From IMG/VR virus record IMGVR_UViG_3300029267_002476: DNA of 64,000 nt. The stretch is one strand, 5' to 3'. Shown here piece by piece: positions 16,983 through 25,937 of this stretch. The notes under the pieces are model-generated. The model did no database searches and had not been told where the DNA came from. It worked only from the letters and a program-made list of their open reading frames with translations. Positions within the stretch are counted from its first letter, which is position 1, and the number at the start of each line of letters is the position of its first letter. Position numbers and translations under genes: made by a program. Origin of the DNA: a virus.

Positions 16983-17860
16983 AAAGGAATATCTGGATCG
17001 TCCGGAGGAGTGCCGTCATCATACCCTGCACCCTCTGTACTTCCCTGGCCGCCTTTTTGACCACCGTCATTTCCGCCGCTGTGTCCGCCTACCATGCTCC
17101 TAAGAACATTCACATCCTGGACCTTACAGACCTCAAGCCAGCCAGACTTGTCCCCTTCTGCAAACTCATCGCCAATCGTCTTAACATTGACATCTTCAGG
17201 AGCACCGAATCTCTGGAGGTAGCTAACGTATTCTTCAGGAGCAACCCTGTCGATATAGTCCCACTTGGCTCCGACACCATCTTCCTTCTTGCCAGTCCTT
17301 GTGGCGTCCCAGACGGTTCCCTCCAGGGTGCCTCCGCGCTTCTCAGACTCCCATTGTAATTTCATAAGCGGACCAGGAGTCTCGTTATTCCCTTTTGCCG
17401 CCGCTAACATTTTTCTCTCAAAGCTCGACTCTTTCGTCTCGCCTTGTTTGTTCTTCCAAGTTCGGTGATGCAGGATCATTTCTTTGTCTTTGTACTCGAC
17501 CTGGCCGAGATCAATTATCGAAAGCATCCCCATGAAACGCGGCCAACTGCCATCCTCACAAATAGGGCAAACATCGCCAAGATTGTTCTTCTTGAGACAG
17601 ATTGTATTGTACGCCTTCGTATACTGACGATAGTTGTACAGCCCGTGCTCGAAGAAGCAGAACGGCGCCGCATCAAGAATAAGAACTCTATGCGTCACTG
17701 GTCGCCCAGGGTTAATCGGATTATTCGCCGTGTAATTCATCCGGAAACGGAATTTATAAAGCCGCTCCTTTTCCCAATCATCGCTTAATCCTCCTTCGCC
17801 ACCGCCGTAGTCATCCTCCGGCATATTGTCCCAGCCAACTGAACCAAAGTTTCCTAACAT
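16979..17860 (-). CDS. single-stranded DNA-binding protein (gp32-like Zn motif, acidic DIPF tail)
   Basis: The C-terminus ...DDGTPPDDPDIPF mimics the bacterial SSB tip DDDIPF. CLKKNNLGDVCPICEDG is a Cys cluster. The position in the replication module fits. Confidence 0.6.
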   Translation of the reverse strand: MLGNFGSVGWDNMPEDDYGGGEGGLSDDWEKERLYKFRFRMNYTANNPINPGRPVTHRVLILDAAPFCFFEHGLYNYRQYTKAYNTICLKKNNLGDVCPICEDGSWPRFMGMLSIIDLGQVEYKDKEMILHHRTWKNKQGETKESSFERKMLAAAKGNNETPGPLMKLQWESEKRGGTLEGTVWDATRTGKKEDGVGAKWDYIDRVAPEEYVSYLQRFGAPEDVNVKTIGDEFAEGDKSGWLEVCKVQDVNVLRSMVGGHSGGNDGGQKGGQGSTEGAGYDDGTPPDDPDIPF

Positions 17861-17888
17861 CTTTTGTTACCCTTGCCTTTCTACTAGG

Positions 17889-17928
17889 TTCTCTGTTTCT
17901 CTGTTTTTCTGTTTTTCTGTTTTGTTCT
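17889..17928 (-). repeat. five tandem 8-nt units (ACAGAAAA / ACAGAGAA on the minus strand) in the SSB 5' leader
   Basis: The plus strand reads TTCTCTGT TTCTCTGT TTTTCTGT TTTTCTGT TTTGTTCT. Confidence 0.8.
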
Positions 17929-17943
17929 ATGTTTTGCTTGTAA

Positions 17944-17958
17944 CCAGACGTCGTCTGG
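17944..17958. promoter_or_regulatory. 15-nt palindrome CCAGACGTCGTCTGG (hairpin) in the SSB leader
   Basis: 7-nt arms around a central T. Located between the candidate promoter and the octamer repeats. No U-tract. Confidence 0.5.
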
Positions 17959-17965
17959 CACCTAT

Positions 17966-17994
17966 GGAGTACACATCCACTGTTGTTTTGTCAA
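17966..17994 (-). promoter_or_regulatory. candidate promoter (GTTGACAAA -35; weak -10 TACTCC)
   Basis: Lies between the dnaB stop and the SSB gene. Confidence 0.35.
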
Positions 17995-18006
17995 CAGTTC
18001 GTCTTT

Positions 18007-20616
18007 CTAAAACGACGTAGCCTCGTCCTTGTAGTCATCCTCTTCTTCTGGCATCTCGTCGTACACCATCTTGTCAAAATCCCACCGGATGGAAATCGAA
18101 TCCCTCTTAAACTGACCACGCCGGATCTTTATCGGCTTCATTTTGAGAATGCCGTCGTCCTTGTCATCCTTGGTCTGCTCAAGGGCAATCACTGTATGGG
18201 CATCCTGGCCAACTTCATCCGCATTCGCTATCGTTCCAAGCCTGGCCCCGCCGCCCTTTTTCTCCGAAAGTTCCGCCGACCTGTTTTGTTGTGAATAACC
18301 AACCGCTGCATAGTTGCCCCTCTTACATGACCTCTTGAGCCACTCTACGCCCGCTATCGTCCTCTCTCGCCTGTCGCCCTTAATATGCAAATCGTAGACT
18401 GAATCCACGACTACGCACTCCGCGTCCGTGGCCCTGATCGCAGAGTCTATCCCAGCCGGGGATATGTCATCCTCTTCGTCCATTATCCAGAGATTCTCCG
18501 ATGGATGGGACGCAACAGCACTAAGACTCTCTACCGTCCTCTCCAGTTGGGGTAGCTCGAAATCAGACAATTCGCCAGAGATTAAACGTTTGTACGAAAC
18601 ACAGGAATGGATGACAAAAAACCGCTCTGCAATCTCCTCCTTGGACATCTCAGGAGAGACAAGAAGAACCCGCTTGCCACATAACCAAGCATGGCGAGCA
18701 GCAATGATAGCCACAAACGTGTTGTGAACAACCATGTCGTTTGCAACATAGGCATGCCCGTCCATTACTGTTAAATCGAACACCCTGTGAACGCCGTCGT
18801 CCTCTATGGATTCAATGCGATCCCAGTGATTAACCAGCAGATGCTCAAGATGCTTGGCGTCAAAAGCATCGACAAACGCACGGAATATGCGCCTGCTTAC
18901 TGTGTTCCTCCTGTAGAGCTTGTTCGCGCTGATCCGCACCGTCATCCCAAGCTCACGCGACATCTGCTCATAGCGACGTACTCGCCCGCTCTCATGAAAC
19001 CCTTCAACAATGTGAAGTATCTCCGCTTTCAACTTCGGAGTAATCGGAATGTTATCAACGTTCGGATTCTTAGCATTTTTCAGCAAACGAGCCTTCTCCG
19101 CCTTCTCGCCAACTATCGGTATCTGCTCCTTGAAACGCTCATACGAAGTCGCATAGACCTTGTATATCCAACTATCGAATACGCCCGTCTGACACTTCGA
19201 TCTCTTGTACCTGATTCCGCCGTGTATTCCGAACCTTAAAAACAACCTCTGTATCTGCTCAACCATCTCCTTGGAGGCAAGACCTATCTCGATAGTGCAA
19301 TAGCCATTTTTACCAACAGGAAACGAACCATCGCAGCTCCAGAGCATACCAAGGAACTTGGCCAAGGATTCGTTGTCATACTGGAACACTCTATCAGGAA
19401 TCACCTTGTTCTTTGATAGCGATCTACAGCATCCCCACTCGTCCCATTTCTTCCAAAAATTACGACCACCTTTCACCCTGTAACGACCGTCGTCTTTGCC
19501 CTTTATCATCGGAACAAGCTCACAACCATGATATGACACTGCCTCACGCACAAAACTCACAATCGCCTGATCTCTTTTTGTAAACGTAGGTACATCCTGG
19601 GTCACACCTCCATCAGCCAACATTGCAGCAATGAGCATCGACTCATTGTCACCTACCTTAAACGCCATCTCAGGCTCAGGAACAATACCCACCGCCTCAG
19701 CGTAATCGCCGATCTTAAGTTCGTCCGTCCGCTTCCACCCGTCTACCGTCATCACTGGATGCTCTGGGGTCTGAGACATCTCCCGCCCGCTATAAAAGCG
19801 GACCTTCATACACTCCTTTGTCCCCATATCCAGCCAAGCATCAGGAGTAACACCCACAATAGAACCATTAGACTTTCGGGTGAGAACGTCGTCTCTATCC
19901 TTGACAACCTGCTCTATGGTCTTGTATTGTCCAGTCTTCTTGATGTAGGTTAATGTGCGGGCATGTAGGCATTTCCCTGTGCCGGGGCGGGCCACGAACA
20001 TCGTCAATGTTTTAGGCCACAACCCCGCTGTCATATCATCCAGCGATTTCCAAGGCAGAGGGATCCCCCTGAACCCACTTGCCACCTTGCCGTACGACTC
20101 AAGAACCTGATCACCCATGCCCAACAGACTCATCGGCATGTTAGATTTCTCAAGATCCCTGGTAGCCAGCGCTAGGCCCTCTAACGCCTCTGTCACATGC
20201 AGGGCGTCTCCGCTTGAGAACCCTGCCTCTACGACAATGCGAGCAGCATGGATGACGTTCCTGACCCCTGACAGCTCTCTCACAATCTTGGAGTAATGCT
20301 CTGCATTCGCCGCCGCCGAAATATTATCGGCCAGATCCATCAGCTCGACAGCACCCCCCGCCTTGGAAAGCTCTCCGGTCTTCATCATCTCGTGGCCAAG
20401 GGTAACGTGATCCACTGGCATGCCGCCCTTGGATACACGCTCCATTGCCTTGTATATAATCTTATGGGTTTCGAAGAAAAAGTCGGACGGCTCGATTATC
20501 GTTGCCACGGTTTCCAAAACCGAATTATCCAACAGTACGCTACCCAGGATTTTGCGTTCAGCTTCTCGGTTAGAAGGCGGAACCCTTCCGTTGCCGACAT
20601 CGGCAGCATTCATCAT
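18007..20616 (-). CDS. dnaB: DnaB-family replicative helicase interrupted by an intein
   Basis: N-terminal EAERKILGSVLLDNS. The Walker A motif ARPGTGK|...|TFVAIIAA is split. Downstream are VVVDSVYDL and YSQQNR motifs. Confidence 0.85.
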   Translation of the reverse strand: MMNAADVGNGRVPPSNREAERKILGSVLLDNSVLETVATIIEPSDFFFETHKIIYKAMERVSKGGMPVDHVTLGHEMMKTGELSKAGGAVELMDLADNISAAANAEHYSKIVRELSGVRNVIHAARIVVEAGFSSGDALHVTEALEGLALATRDLEKSNMPMSLLGMGDQVLESYGKVASGFRGIPLPWKSLDDMTAGLWPKTLTMFVARPGTGKCLHARTLTYIKKTGQYKTIEQVVKDRDDVLTRKSNGSIVGVTPDAWLDMGTKECMKVRFYSGREMSQTPEHPVMTVDGWKRTDELKIGDYAEAVGIVPEPEMAFKVGDNESMLIAAMLADGGVTQDVPTFTKRDQAIVSFVREAVSYHGCELVPMIKGKDDGRYRVKGGRNFWKKWDEWGCCRSLSKNKVIPDRVFQYDNESLAKFLGMLWSCDGSFPVGKNGYCTIEIGLASKEMVEQIQRLFLRFGIHGGIRYKRSKCQTGVFDSWIYKVYATSYERFKEQIPIVGEKAEKARLLKNAKNPNVDNIPITPKLKAEILHIVEGFHESGRVRRYEQMSRELGMTVRISANKLYRRNTVSRRIFRAFVDAFDAKHLEHLLVNHWDRIESIEDDGVHRVFDLTVMDGHAYVANDMVVHNTFVAIIAARHAWLCGKRVLLVSPEMSKEEIAERFFVIHSCVSYKRLISGELSDFELPQLERTVESLSAVASHPSENLWIMDEEDDISPAGIDSAIRATDAECVVVDSVYDLHIKGDRRERTIAGVEWLKRSCKRGNYAAVGYSQQNRSAELSEKKGGGARLGTIANADEVGQDAHTVIALEQTKDDKDDGILKMKPIKIRRGQFKRDSISIRWDFDKMVYDEMPEEEDDYKDEATSF
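18721..19971 (-). mobile_element. class-1 intein (417 aa) with LAGLIDADG homing endonuclease, inserted in the DnaB P-loop
   Basis: Starts at Cys216 (CLHARTL) and has block B TPEHPV. Two LAGLIDADG-like motifs (LIAAMLADGG, LAKFLGMLWSCDGS). Ends VVHN|T. Excision restores GTGKT. Confidence 0.8.
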
Positions 20617-20627
20617 ATTTTGCCCCT

Positions 20628-21284
20628 TTAAACCCTGTTTTCGCTCTCAACTTGTATCCTTGCTTTAACTCGCTTATTCCCACCCGCAACACGCACCGGG
20701 ACCACATGCTCTTTCAAAGAGTGCATCGTCGACGCCTTGAGCGATGTCGAGAGAGCATTATTCTCACCCTTAACGCTCATATTGGTCGTAATTATGGTCA
20801 CGAGCTGGTTCGAGTTACGCGCACGAATCAAGTCGTCAATCATACGCTCCCCAAACCCCGTCTTATCCTGAGTCCCCTTGCCCAGGTCATCTATAACCAA
20901 AACAGCAACACTGCACGCACGCTGCCACAAAGTCTCTTGATCATCGAACATTTCGTTCGAGATCACAGAGCCCCTTAATGCAGATGCTTGCACAAACAGA
21001 ACTGCATGGAACTGTCGCCTCAACTCCTTAGCAATAACAACAGCCATAGACGTCTTACCTGTGCCGTTTGGACCCCATAGCATAAGGCCAACCCCATTAG
21101 CCACGTTCTCGCTAGCTGATAGGATATAATCCCTCGCGAGATCCTTGGCACTTTTTCCGTCAATAACTGATTCTGAGATGTCATCGAACGTCACGGACCA
21201 ATACCGCTTCGGGATTCTCATCCGTCGCATGTCTGATCCAGTCAGCGCTCTCCTATGTCGAGACTCCTCCATTTTTCTCACCAA
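20628..21284 (-). CDS. DnaC/IstB-like AAA+ ATPase (putative helicase loader)
   Basis: Walker A GPNGTGKTSMAVVIAKEL and Walker B VLVIDDLG. Immediately downstream of dnaB. Confidence 0.6.
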   Translation of the reverse strand: MVRKMEESRHRRALTGSDMRRMRIPKRYWSVTFDDISESVIDGKSAKDLARDYILSASENVANGVGLMLWGPNGTGKTSMAVVIAKELRRQFHAVLFVQASALRGSVISNEMFDDQETLWQRACSVAVLVIDDLGKGTQDKTGFGERMIDDLIRARNSNQLVTIITTNMSVKGENNALSTSLKASTMHSLKEHVVPVRVAGGNKRVKARIQVESENRV

Positions 21285-21856
21285 CCATGCCCAACATCTT
21301 CCCCCGGATCGACATACTCATCGAAATCCTTGTCTGGCATGTCCTTTTTCGCCGGACGCTTGCGCTTCACAAAACCACGTTGAAGCGACGCATCTGCAAA
21401 TATAATATTCCGAGATGCAAACAGGATATTGATCGTCGGGATACCCCTAAGCGTCCCACCGGACGCCTCGACCATTTTCTCCCAATTCGCGCACATGTAC
21501 CGCACCGCCCTTTCCACTTCTTCCCATCCGTACATTTCAAGGAGCTTCTTCGCCAAGGTCCGCTCCTTGGCACCCCACCACTCCCTGTTTCCCGGTATCG
21601 TAACCGTGTCTCCGTATGCCTCCTCTAGGCACTCGCGCATTAAATGTTGCACTCTTGTAGAGGTTAACCTCTTTTTGTTGGTTTGTCCACCCTCGCACAT
21701 GTCTAAAGAGAATTCTATAGGCTCAAGAACTTTTTTAGCCGGAGCCTCTTTCTTCTTTTTTGCTTTTTTTTCTGCCCTCTTTTTATGGGCATCAGCTGTC
21801 TTTTTCTGAGATCTTTTTACGACTTTTGACAACGCCGAAAGGCTTGGTCTTGGCAT
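21278..21856 (-). CDS. hypothetical protein with Lys-rich N-terminus
   Basis: 192-aa ORF. 65-nt overlap with the upstream ORF, so the start is uncertain (next ATG at 21700). Confidence 0.45.
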   Translation of the reverse strand: MPRPSLSALSKVVKRSQKKTADAHKKRAEKKAKKKKEAPAKKVLEPIEFSLDMCEGGQTNKKRLTSTRVQHLMRECLEEAYGDTVTIPGNREWWGAKERTLAKKLLEMYGWEEVERAVRYMCANWEKMVEASGGTLRGIPTINILFASRNIIFADASLQRGFVKRKRPAKKDMPDKDFDEYVDPGEDVGHGW

Positions 21857-22106
21857 CTCTTCCCTCCATTACTTCAACATCTGACCATTGAAACCGGATA
21901 GGTTTCCCATCAACAACAACAAGTATCTCAACCCACTTCTCTCTGTACTCTTTACCTACCTCCGTCAGACACTTTGCTGAGAACTCCTGGGCCTGCCAGT
22001 CATCCTCCATCTCTTCTATCTTATCTCTCCATGTCCTAACGTCTCGGACTACACCTACGCCGTGTTCAGTGCGGACAACATCTCCGATGTAAATTTCTCT
22101 CTGCAT
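21792..22106 (-). CDS. hypothetical protein
   Basis: 104 aa. GAGGAG SD 9 nt upstream of ATG 22106. Confidence 0.45.
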   Translation of the reverse strand: MQREIYIGDVVRTEHGVGVVRDVRTWRDKIEEMEDDWQAQEFSAKCLTEVGKEYREKWVEILVVVDGKPIRFQWSDVEVMEGRDAKTKPFGVVKSRKKISEKDS

Positions 22107-22528
22107 ACCCCGTACTCCTCTGCAACTTCGTCGATACCTCGCTCATCGTGATCAAACATCCACAACGGAGATCTAACCTTACCTATGAGCATCGACCATC
22201 CATCAGCGACAAGTAAACCAGCAAAAGCATTAACCAGAGAAATCTCACCATCCATCTCTGATAGGCCCTTCGATGCCATGAAGACATCGTCCATTCTTCC
22301 AGAGGGGCTTTGGCGCGGATCCCTCTCTACAACTTCAACCTCTAGGTCACCAAAAACAAATACCGATTTCCCCCTGCTATCATCCCCGCCCATCATTACC
22401 GACATCAGAGCAACCGACTCGGCAATCCCCAGAATAATAGATTCCTCTAGGTCAACAGATTCAACCGTCTCAAGTTGGGCCAGAGACAACATTTCCTCCG
22501 CACACATCCAGGTCCTTCCTGGCATCAT
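22055..22528 (-). CDS. hypothetical acidic protein
   Basis: 157-aa ORF. No motif recognised. Confidence 0.45.
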   Translation of the reverse strand: MMPGRTWMCAEEMLSLAQLETVESVDLEESIILGIAESVALMSVMMGGDDSRGKSVFVFGDLEVEVVERDPRQSPSGRMDDVFMASKGLSEMDGEISLVNAFAGLLVADGWSMLIGKVRSPLWMFDHDERGIDEVAEEYGVCREKFTSEMLSALNTA

Positions 22529-22579
22529 GTTTTTCAGTGCGACCGGAGAAATACACTTATACAGTGTCTAAATCAAGCT

Positions 22580-22903
22580 CTAATTTCGGGCACCAGCCCG
22601 CATATTCCCGCGAGCATTCCCCCGCGCATTATCCTCTTCTGTCACATAATCAAGATCGATTTTAATCTTGTGCTTCCCCGCAACCGCAGCCAGGAGAGCC
22701 CTCAGCGAAGTGGTCAAATAACCATTGCGCCCCACCACCTGGCCAACGTCGCCAGGATGAGTGTACAGTTCAACAGTCAAGCGGTATGGCCCTTCGCGAA
22801 CCTCCACAATTATATCATCAGGGTGATCAACAAAGTGCCGGACAGACCCCACGATTTCACGTGCGGCATCCAATATTTCAGAACTGATTCTGCTATCGCT
22901 CAT
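22580..22903 (-). CDS. KH-domain RNA-binding protein (KhpA/YlqC-like)
   Basis: IIVEVREGPYRLTVELYTHPGDVGQVVGRNGYLTTSLRALL matches the type-II KH GxxG pattern (VGRNG). Confidence 0.55.
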   Translation of the reverse strand: MSDSRISSEILDAAREIVGSVRHFVDHPDDIIVEVREGPYRLTVELYTHPGDVGQVVGRNGYLTTSLRALLAAVAGKHKIKIDLDYVTEEDNARGNARGNMRAGARN

Positions 22904-22904
22904 G

Positions 22905-23222
22905 TCAAAAACCTACATCCATCCTGCTGCGAATCTCGTCCGCACGCCTCTTTTCAACTCTGCGATCCGCTTCCTGCACAGTGAGCCCCATAGCCCTGAG
23001 ACCATTGGTCCTCTTGGCACGCTGCCTCGACTCATGAAGCTCTAATAACTGTCTGGAATACTGAGTGCACATTCGCCGGATCTTAACCTTTTCAAGGGCC
23101 GGGAGATCCCCCTTGGCCTCAAAAACTGCCCGCATTCGATCAACGTACCCGCGTAACTCCTTCCGGAGCTTAACGGAACGTAAATCTTTCAGTAATTGTC
23201 CAATCGTCAATTCTTCAAACAT
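22905..23222 (-). CDS. hypothetical helical, basic protein
   Basis: 105-aa ORF downstream of a promoter-like element. Confidence 0.5.
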   Translation of the reverse strand: MFEELTIGQLLKDLRSVKLRKELRGYVDRMRAVFEAKGDLPALEKVKIRRMCTQYSRQLLELHESRQRAKRTNGLRAMGLTVQEADRRVEKRRADEIRSRMDVGF

Positions 23223-23234
23223 CAGCTTCCACCG

Positions 23235-23262
23235 TTTTATAATTCCAATAACGTTTTGTCAA
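23235..23262 (-). promoter_or_regulatory. candidate promoter (ATTGACAAA, N15-16, TATAAA/ATAAAA)
   Basis: The minus strand reads TTGACAaaacgttattggaatTATAAA, 10 nt downstream of palindrome copy 5. Confidence 0.4.
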
Positions 23263-23272
23263 TCAACTCACC

Positions 23273-23288
23273 GCGAACTTGAGTTCGC
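23273..23288. promoter_or_regulatory. palindrome family copy 5 (GCGAACTTGAGTTCGC)
   Basis: Perfect. Intergenic, 50 nt upstream of the start at 23222. Confidence 0.8.
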
Positions 23289-23333
23289 AGAGGTGCGCCT
23301 GGATACAGCGTTTTCTGTTGCCTGTTCGTCAGA

Positions 23334-23933
23334 TCACACCGGGGACGTAGCAATTATGAAATCAACGATGTCCTCGTCCAAAGACAGGTCGATCTCAAAC
23401 CTGGAACGCCCTACCTCTATGGCAGCCACCATGCTCTCTGTTCCATCTTTCTCGCTGCGCCTCTCCACATGCGCTCTCTGCCCAATGAGCCCCTCAAACT
23501 GACCGCTGTCGCGCTCAAACAAGAAATCAGCGCCCTCCATGTAACCCATACCGGGCTCTCTGAACCAGCGGATTACGTCTTCGGGGCAATCACCGTACCC
23601 CTCTGAAATCATATTCACGGCGTGGCGCATCATGGCAACAGAGAAAACTCCGAACTTCACCGGACTACACATCTTGGCAATCTCGTCGGTCAACCAAATC
23701 TCTCCGATTATCTTCCACGGATCGCCCCACTCGAAGCCATGAACATGGCCCGATCTTTCAATGTCCCCGTCCGGGTCCACCTCGAAAACGGTGCTGCCCC
23801 TCACTTCGTGCCGCCGATGATATGAAATAACGAGCGCATTGCCCTTTATCTCACCCTTCGTCCACAGCCCCTTTGCGCTTCGCCGCAAAAGCTCTTGAGA
23901 GTCCCGAGACTCCTTTTTTCCTCTCGACATCAT
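23334..23933 (-). CDS. hypothetical protein
   Basis: 199-aa ORF. It overlaps the upstream ORF by 83 nt, so the start is uncertain. Confidence 0.45.
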   Translation of the reverse strand: MMSRGKKESRDSQELLRRSAKGLWTKGEIKGNALVISYHRRHEVRGSTVFEVDPDGDIERSGHVHGFEWGDPWKIIGEIWLTDEIAKMCSPVKFGVFSVAMMRHAVNMISEGYGDCPEDVIRWFREPGMGYMEGADFLFERDSGQFEGLIGQRAHVERRSEKDGTESMVAAIEVGRSRFEIDLSLDEDIVDFIIATSPV

Positions 23934-24195
23934 ATTCCGACTCCGTAAGAACGTCCGTCCTCCATACGTACCTAAGCTGACCGGCGAGATCTACGCACAC
24001 AGCCTTCGCAGATGGGAGATCATCCCTGCTGTCCTCCATCCGGTCCAGGTAACGCCTTATCTTGGTGTCGTACCGAGGTTTTCTACATTTAGTATACTTG
24101 TGGATCGTCGTGATGCCCTTCCCCTTCACGACAAAGAGCAAATCCCTAGATGTCCAAAGGTCGATCACCGAAAGTTCAACCTTAGTAAGAGCCAT
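23851..24195 (-). CDS. hypothetical protein
   Basis: 114-aa ORF whose ATG overlaps the upstream stop. Confidence 0.45.
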   Translation of the reverse strand: MALTKVELSVIDLWTSRDLLFVVKGKGITTIHKYTKCRKPRYDTKIRRYLDRMEDSRDDLPSAKAVCVDLAGQLRYVWRTDVLTESEYDVERKKGVSGLSRAFAAKRKGAVDEG

Positions 24196-25145
24196 TATTC
24201 CTCGCGAGACTTCTGGATTTGCTCAATGCCGAGCTTCATGAATTCGGGCATCATGACATTCTCTTCATCCCCCTTGGGAGACTCATCGCTCACGCCTATG
24301 GAGTCCTCAAGATCATCTTGATCGTTGACCGGACCATTGACGTTGATACGCCTCACCTCACTGGGTTCTATGCCGCCCTCCTGAGCCTCCTCGCTCGGCC
24401 CCTGAGCCTCTCCATTCATCGCAGCCTGAATACGCTGGGCCTTCGCCATTAGGGCGTCAAACTTCGCCCTGGCGGCGTCTGTCCACGCCACTCCATCTCC
24501 ACCTATAGGAATGTGCTCGAACGATCTAACTGCTCCCTTCGGAGGCTCGTTCCCGGCCTTCTCATACATCTCACATGCTTCCTCTTCCGAGAGAAAAACC
24601 TCAGTAATCGGAGGAGTGCCCGGCTCGTCACGAATAGTCTCCACCACGTAAGCCACGGTTTCGTCTGGGGAGATCTGAAGCGCTGGATCGTCAAGCCCTG
24701 GGCGACGAGGTTCCAACCCTACCGGGATAGTACTGCCACCCTCGAACGCCCACATGTAACAGTGATAGCTCTTGATCTCTTTCAGCCTTCGACGCTCTGC
24801 TGGGAAGATCTCGACAGCCTCGAACTCAGGACCAAGAATCTCATTCTTGATCTTCTGCTTGTCTATCCACGAGATCTCTTTGGTGGACTTATCAACCCTC
24901 ATTATCGTTAGATGAGCGATGTCCATGGGACGCGGCTTCCCATCCTCTCCAGCTACCTGGAATCCGTTGGACACCGTGGTCCGAATGAACACCATGTATT
25001 TGTTGTTCTGAAAAGCACCCAGAACCCCCGAACCCTTCATCTCTTCGCTAACCGGAGTCCTCGCAAAAGGGGTCATTGGCCCAGAATTCCGATTTCTATC
25101 GATAGGCCGACCGTCTAAACCAACAATACGTCCACTCATCTTCAA
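24195..25145 (-). CDS. hypothetical protein with acidic C-terminus
   Basis: 316-aa ORF. HLTIMRVDKSTKEISWIDKQKIKNEILG resembles a segment common in phage proteins of unknown function. Confidence 0.5.
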   Translation of the reverse strand: MKMSGRIVGLDGRPIDRNRNSGPMTPFARTPVSEEMKGSGVLGAFQNNKYMVFIRTTVSNGFQVAGEDGKPRPMDIAHLTIMRVDKSTKEISWIDKQKIKNEILGPEFEAVEIFPAERRRLKEIKSYHCYMWAFEGGSTIPVGLEPRRPGLDDPALQISPDETVAYVVETIRDEPGTPPITEVFLSEEEACEMYEKAGNEPPKGAVRSFEHIPIGGDGVAWTDAARAKFDALMAKAQRIQAAMNGEAQGPSEEAQEGGIEPSEVRRINVNGPVNDQDDLEDSIGVSDESPKGDEENVMMPEFMKLGIEQIQKSREE

Positions 25146-25327
25146 TCTCCTTTGGTGCCGTTTTCCAGCTCCGTTAAACGCTTCGTCATCACGTAATTCC
25201 CAGCTCTCTCATTTTCCCAGAGTTGAGAATACATCCGCACCTTCGCAATTGCTAAAGCCGCGATCAATGCGCCTGGTGCAAACCCGGACAACAAAAGACC
25301 TGTAACTATCATCCATTCAGCCGTCAT
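25142..25327 (-). CDS. small membrane protein
   Basis: 61 aa. TM segment WMIVTGLLLSGFAPGALIAALAIA. 4-nt overlaps on both sides. Confidence 0.45.
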   Translation of the reverse strand: MTAEWMIVTGLLLSGFAPGALIAALAIAKVRMYSQLWENERAGNYVMTKRLTELENGTKGD

Positions 25328-25845
25328 CTCTCCTCCGGTGCCATCAACTTAGACCACTCGTCTATCCTTAACCGCATATACTTAGCAGCCGCATCAAGGG
25401 GGCCTCTTTGGTAAGTCCTATCGGATGGCTTCCCATCGGGGCCAATACCGGGAATCTGAGGACAATAACCGTCCGGGTACGTCTGTCTCCCGGCCCAGTC
25501 GTCGATAACATGTCCTATCCCTACTACTCCAGACTGAAGCATCTCAGACGCCTGCTTACAAATTGTCTCACACGACGAACGAGCCAAGTCCATCTTGGCC
25601 GTTTCTAGGGAAACCTCAAGGGGTGTCGATGCCCCGTTCTCGTTGGAACACCCAGAAAGAGTCAAGTCTATCCTAACTATCGACCCGTTCCTCCACGCTG
25701 TCTTTAGATAGACGTCATGGTCTCCTATTTCCAACTTCGCAGTAATCCCCGGTAGGGATTCTTCGTGGAGAGCCTTCTCTATACCCAGCCACCGATCACC
25801 GGCATGCAGCCCTGGCCCTAACAAATCCGACATTACAATCTCCAA
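25324..25845 (-). CDS. hypothetical protein (weak TSCPD-domain resemblance)
   Basis: 173-aa ORF. The domain guess rests only on overall pattern. Confidence 0.45.
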   Translation of the reverse strand: MEIVMSDLLGPGLHAGDRWLGIEKALHEESLPGITAKLEIGDHDVYLKTAWRNGSIVRIDLTLSGCSNENGASTPLEVSLETAKMDLARSSCETICKQASEMLQSGVVGIGHVIDDWAGRQTYPDGYCPQIPGIGPDGKPSDRTYQRGPLDAAAKYMRLRIDEWSKLMAPEER

Positions 25846-25858
25846 TTAAAGGCGATGA

Positions 25859-25922
25859 TCGACGACCGGTAGGTGCGGATAGATCTGTAGGAGTGAACAT
25901 ACGAATCTCCACCGGTCGTCGA
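25859..25922. repeat. 12-bp perfect inverted repeat TCGACGACCGGT / ACCGGTCGTCGA separated by 40 nt
   Basis: Read directly. It fills the intergenic gap 25846-25937. Confidence 0.8.
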
Positions 25923-25937
25923 GTCATCATAAGAAGT

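Noticed and set aside
21764-21771. A8/T8 homopolymer as a programmed frameshift or phase-variation site
   Set aside because: It lies downstream of the overlap between ORFs 21792-22106 and 21278-21856 and simply encodes a Lys run. No alternative frame continues usefully from it.
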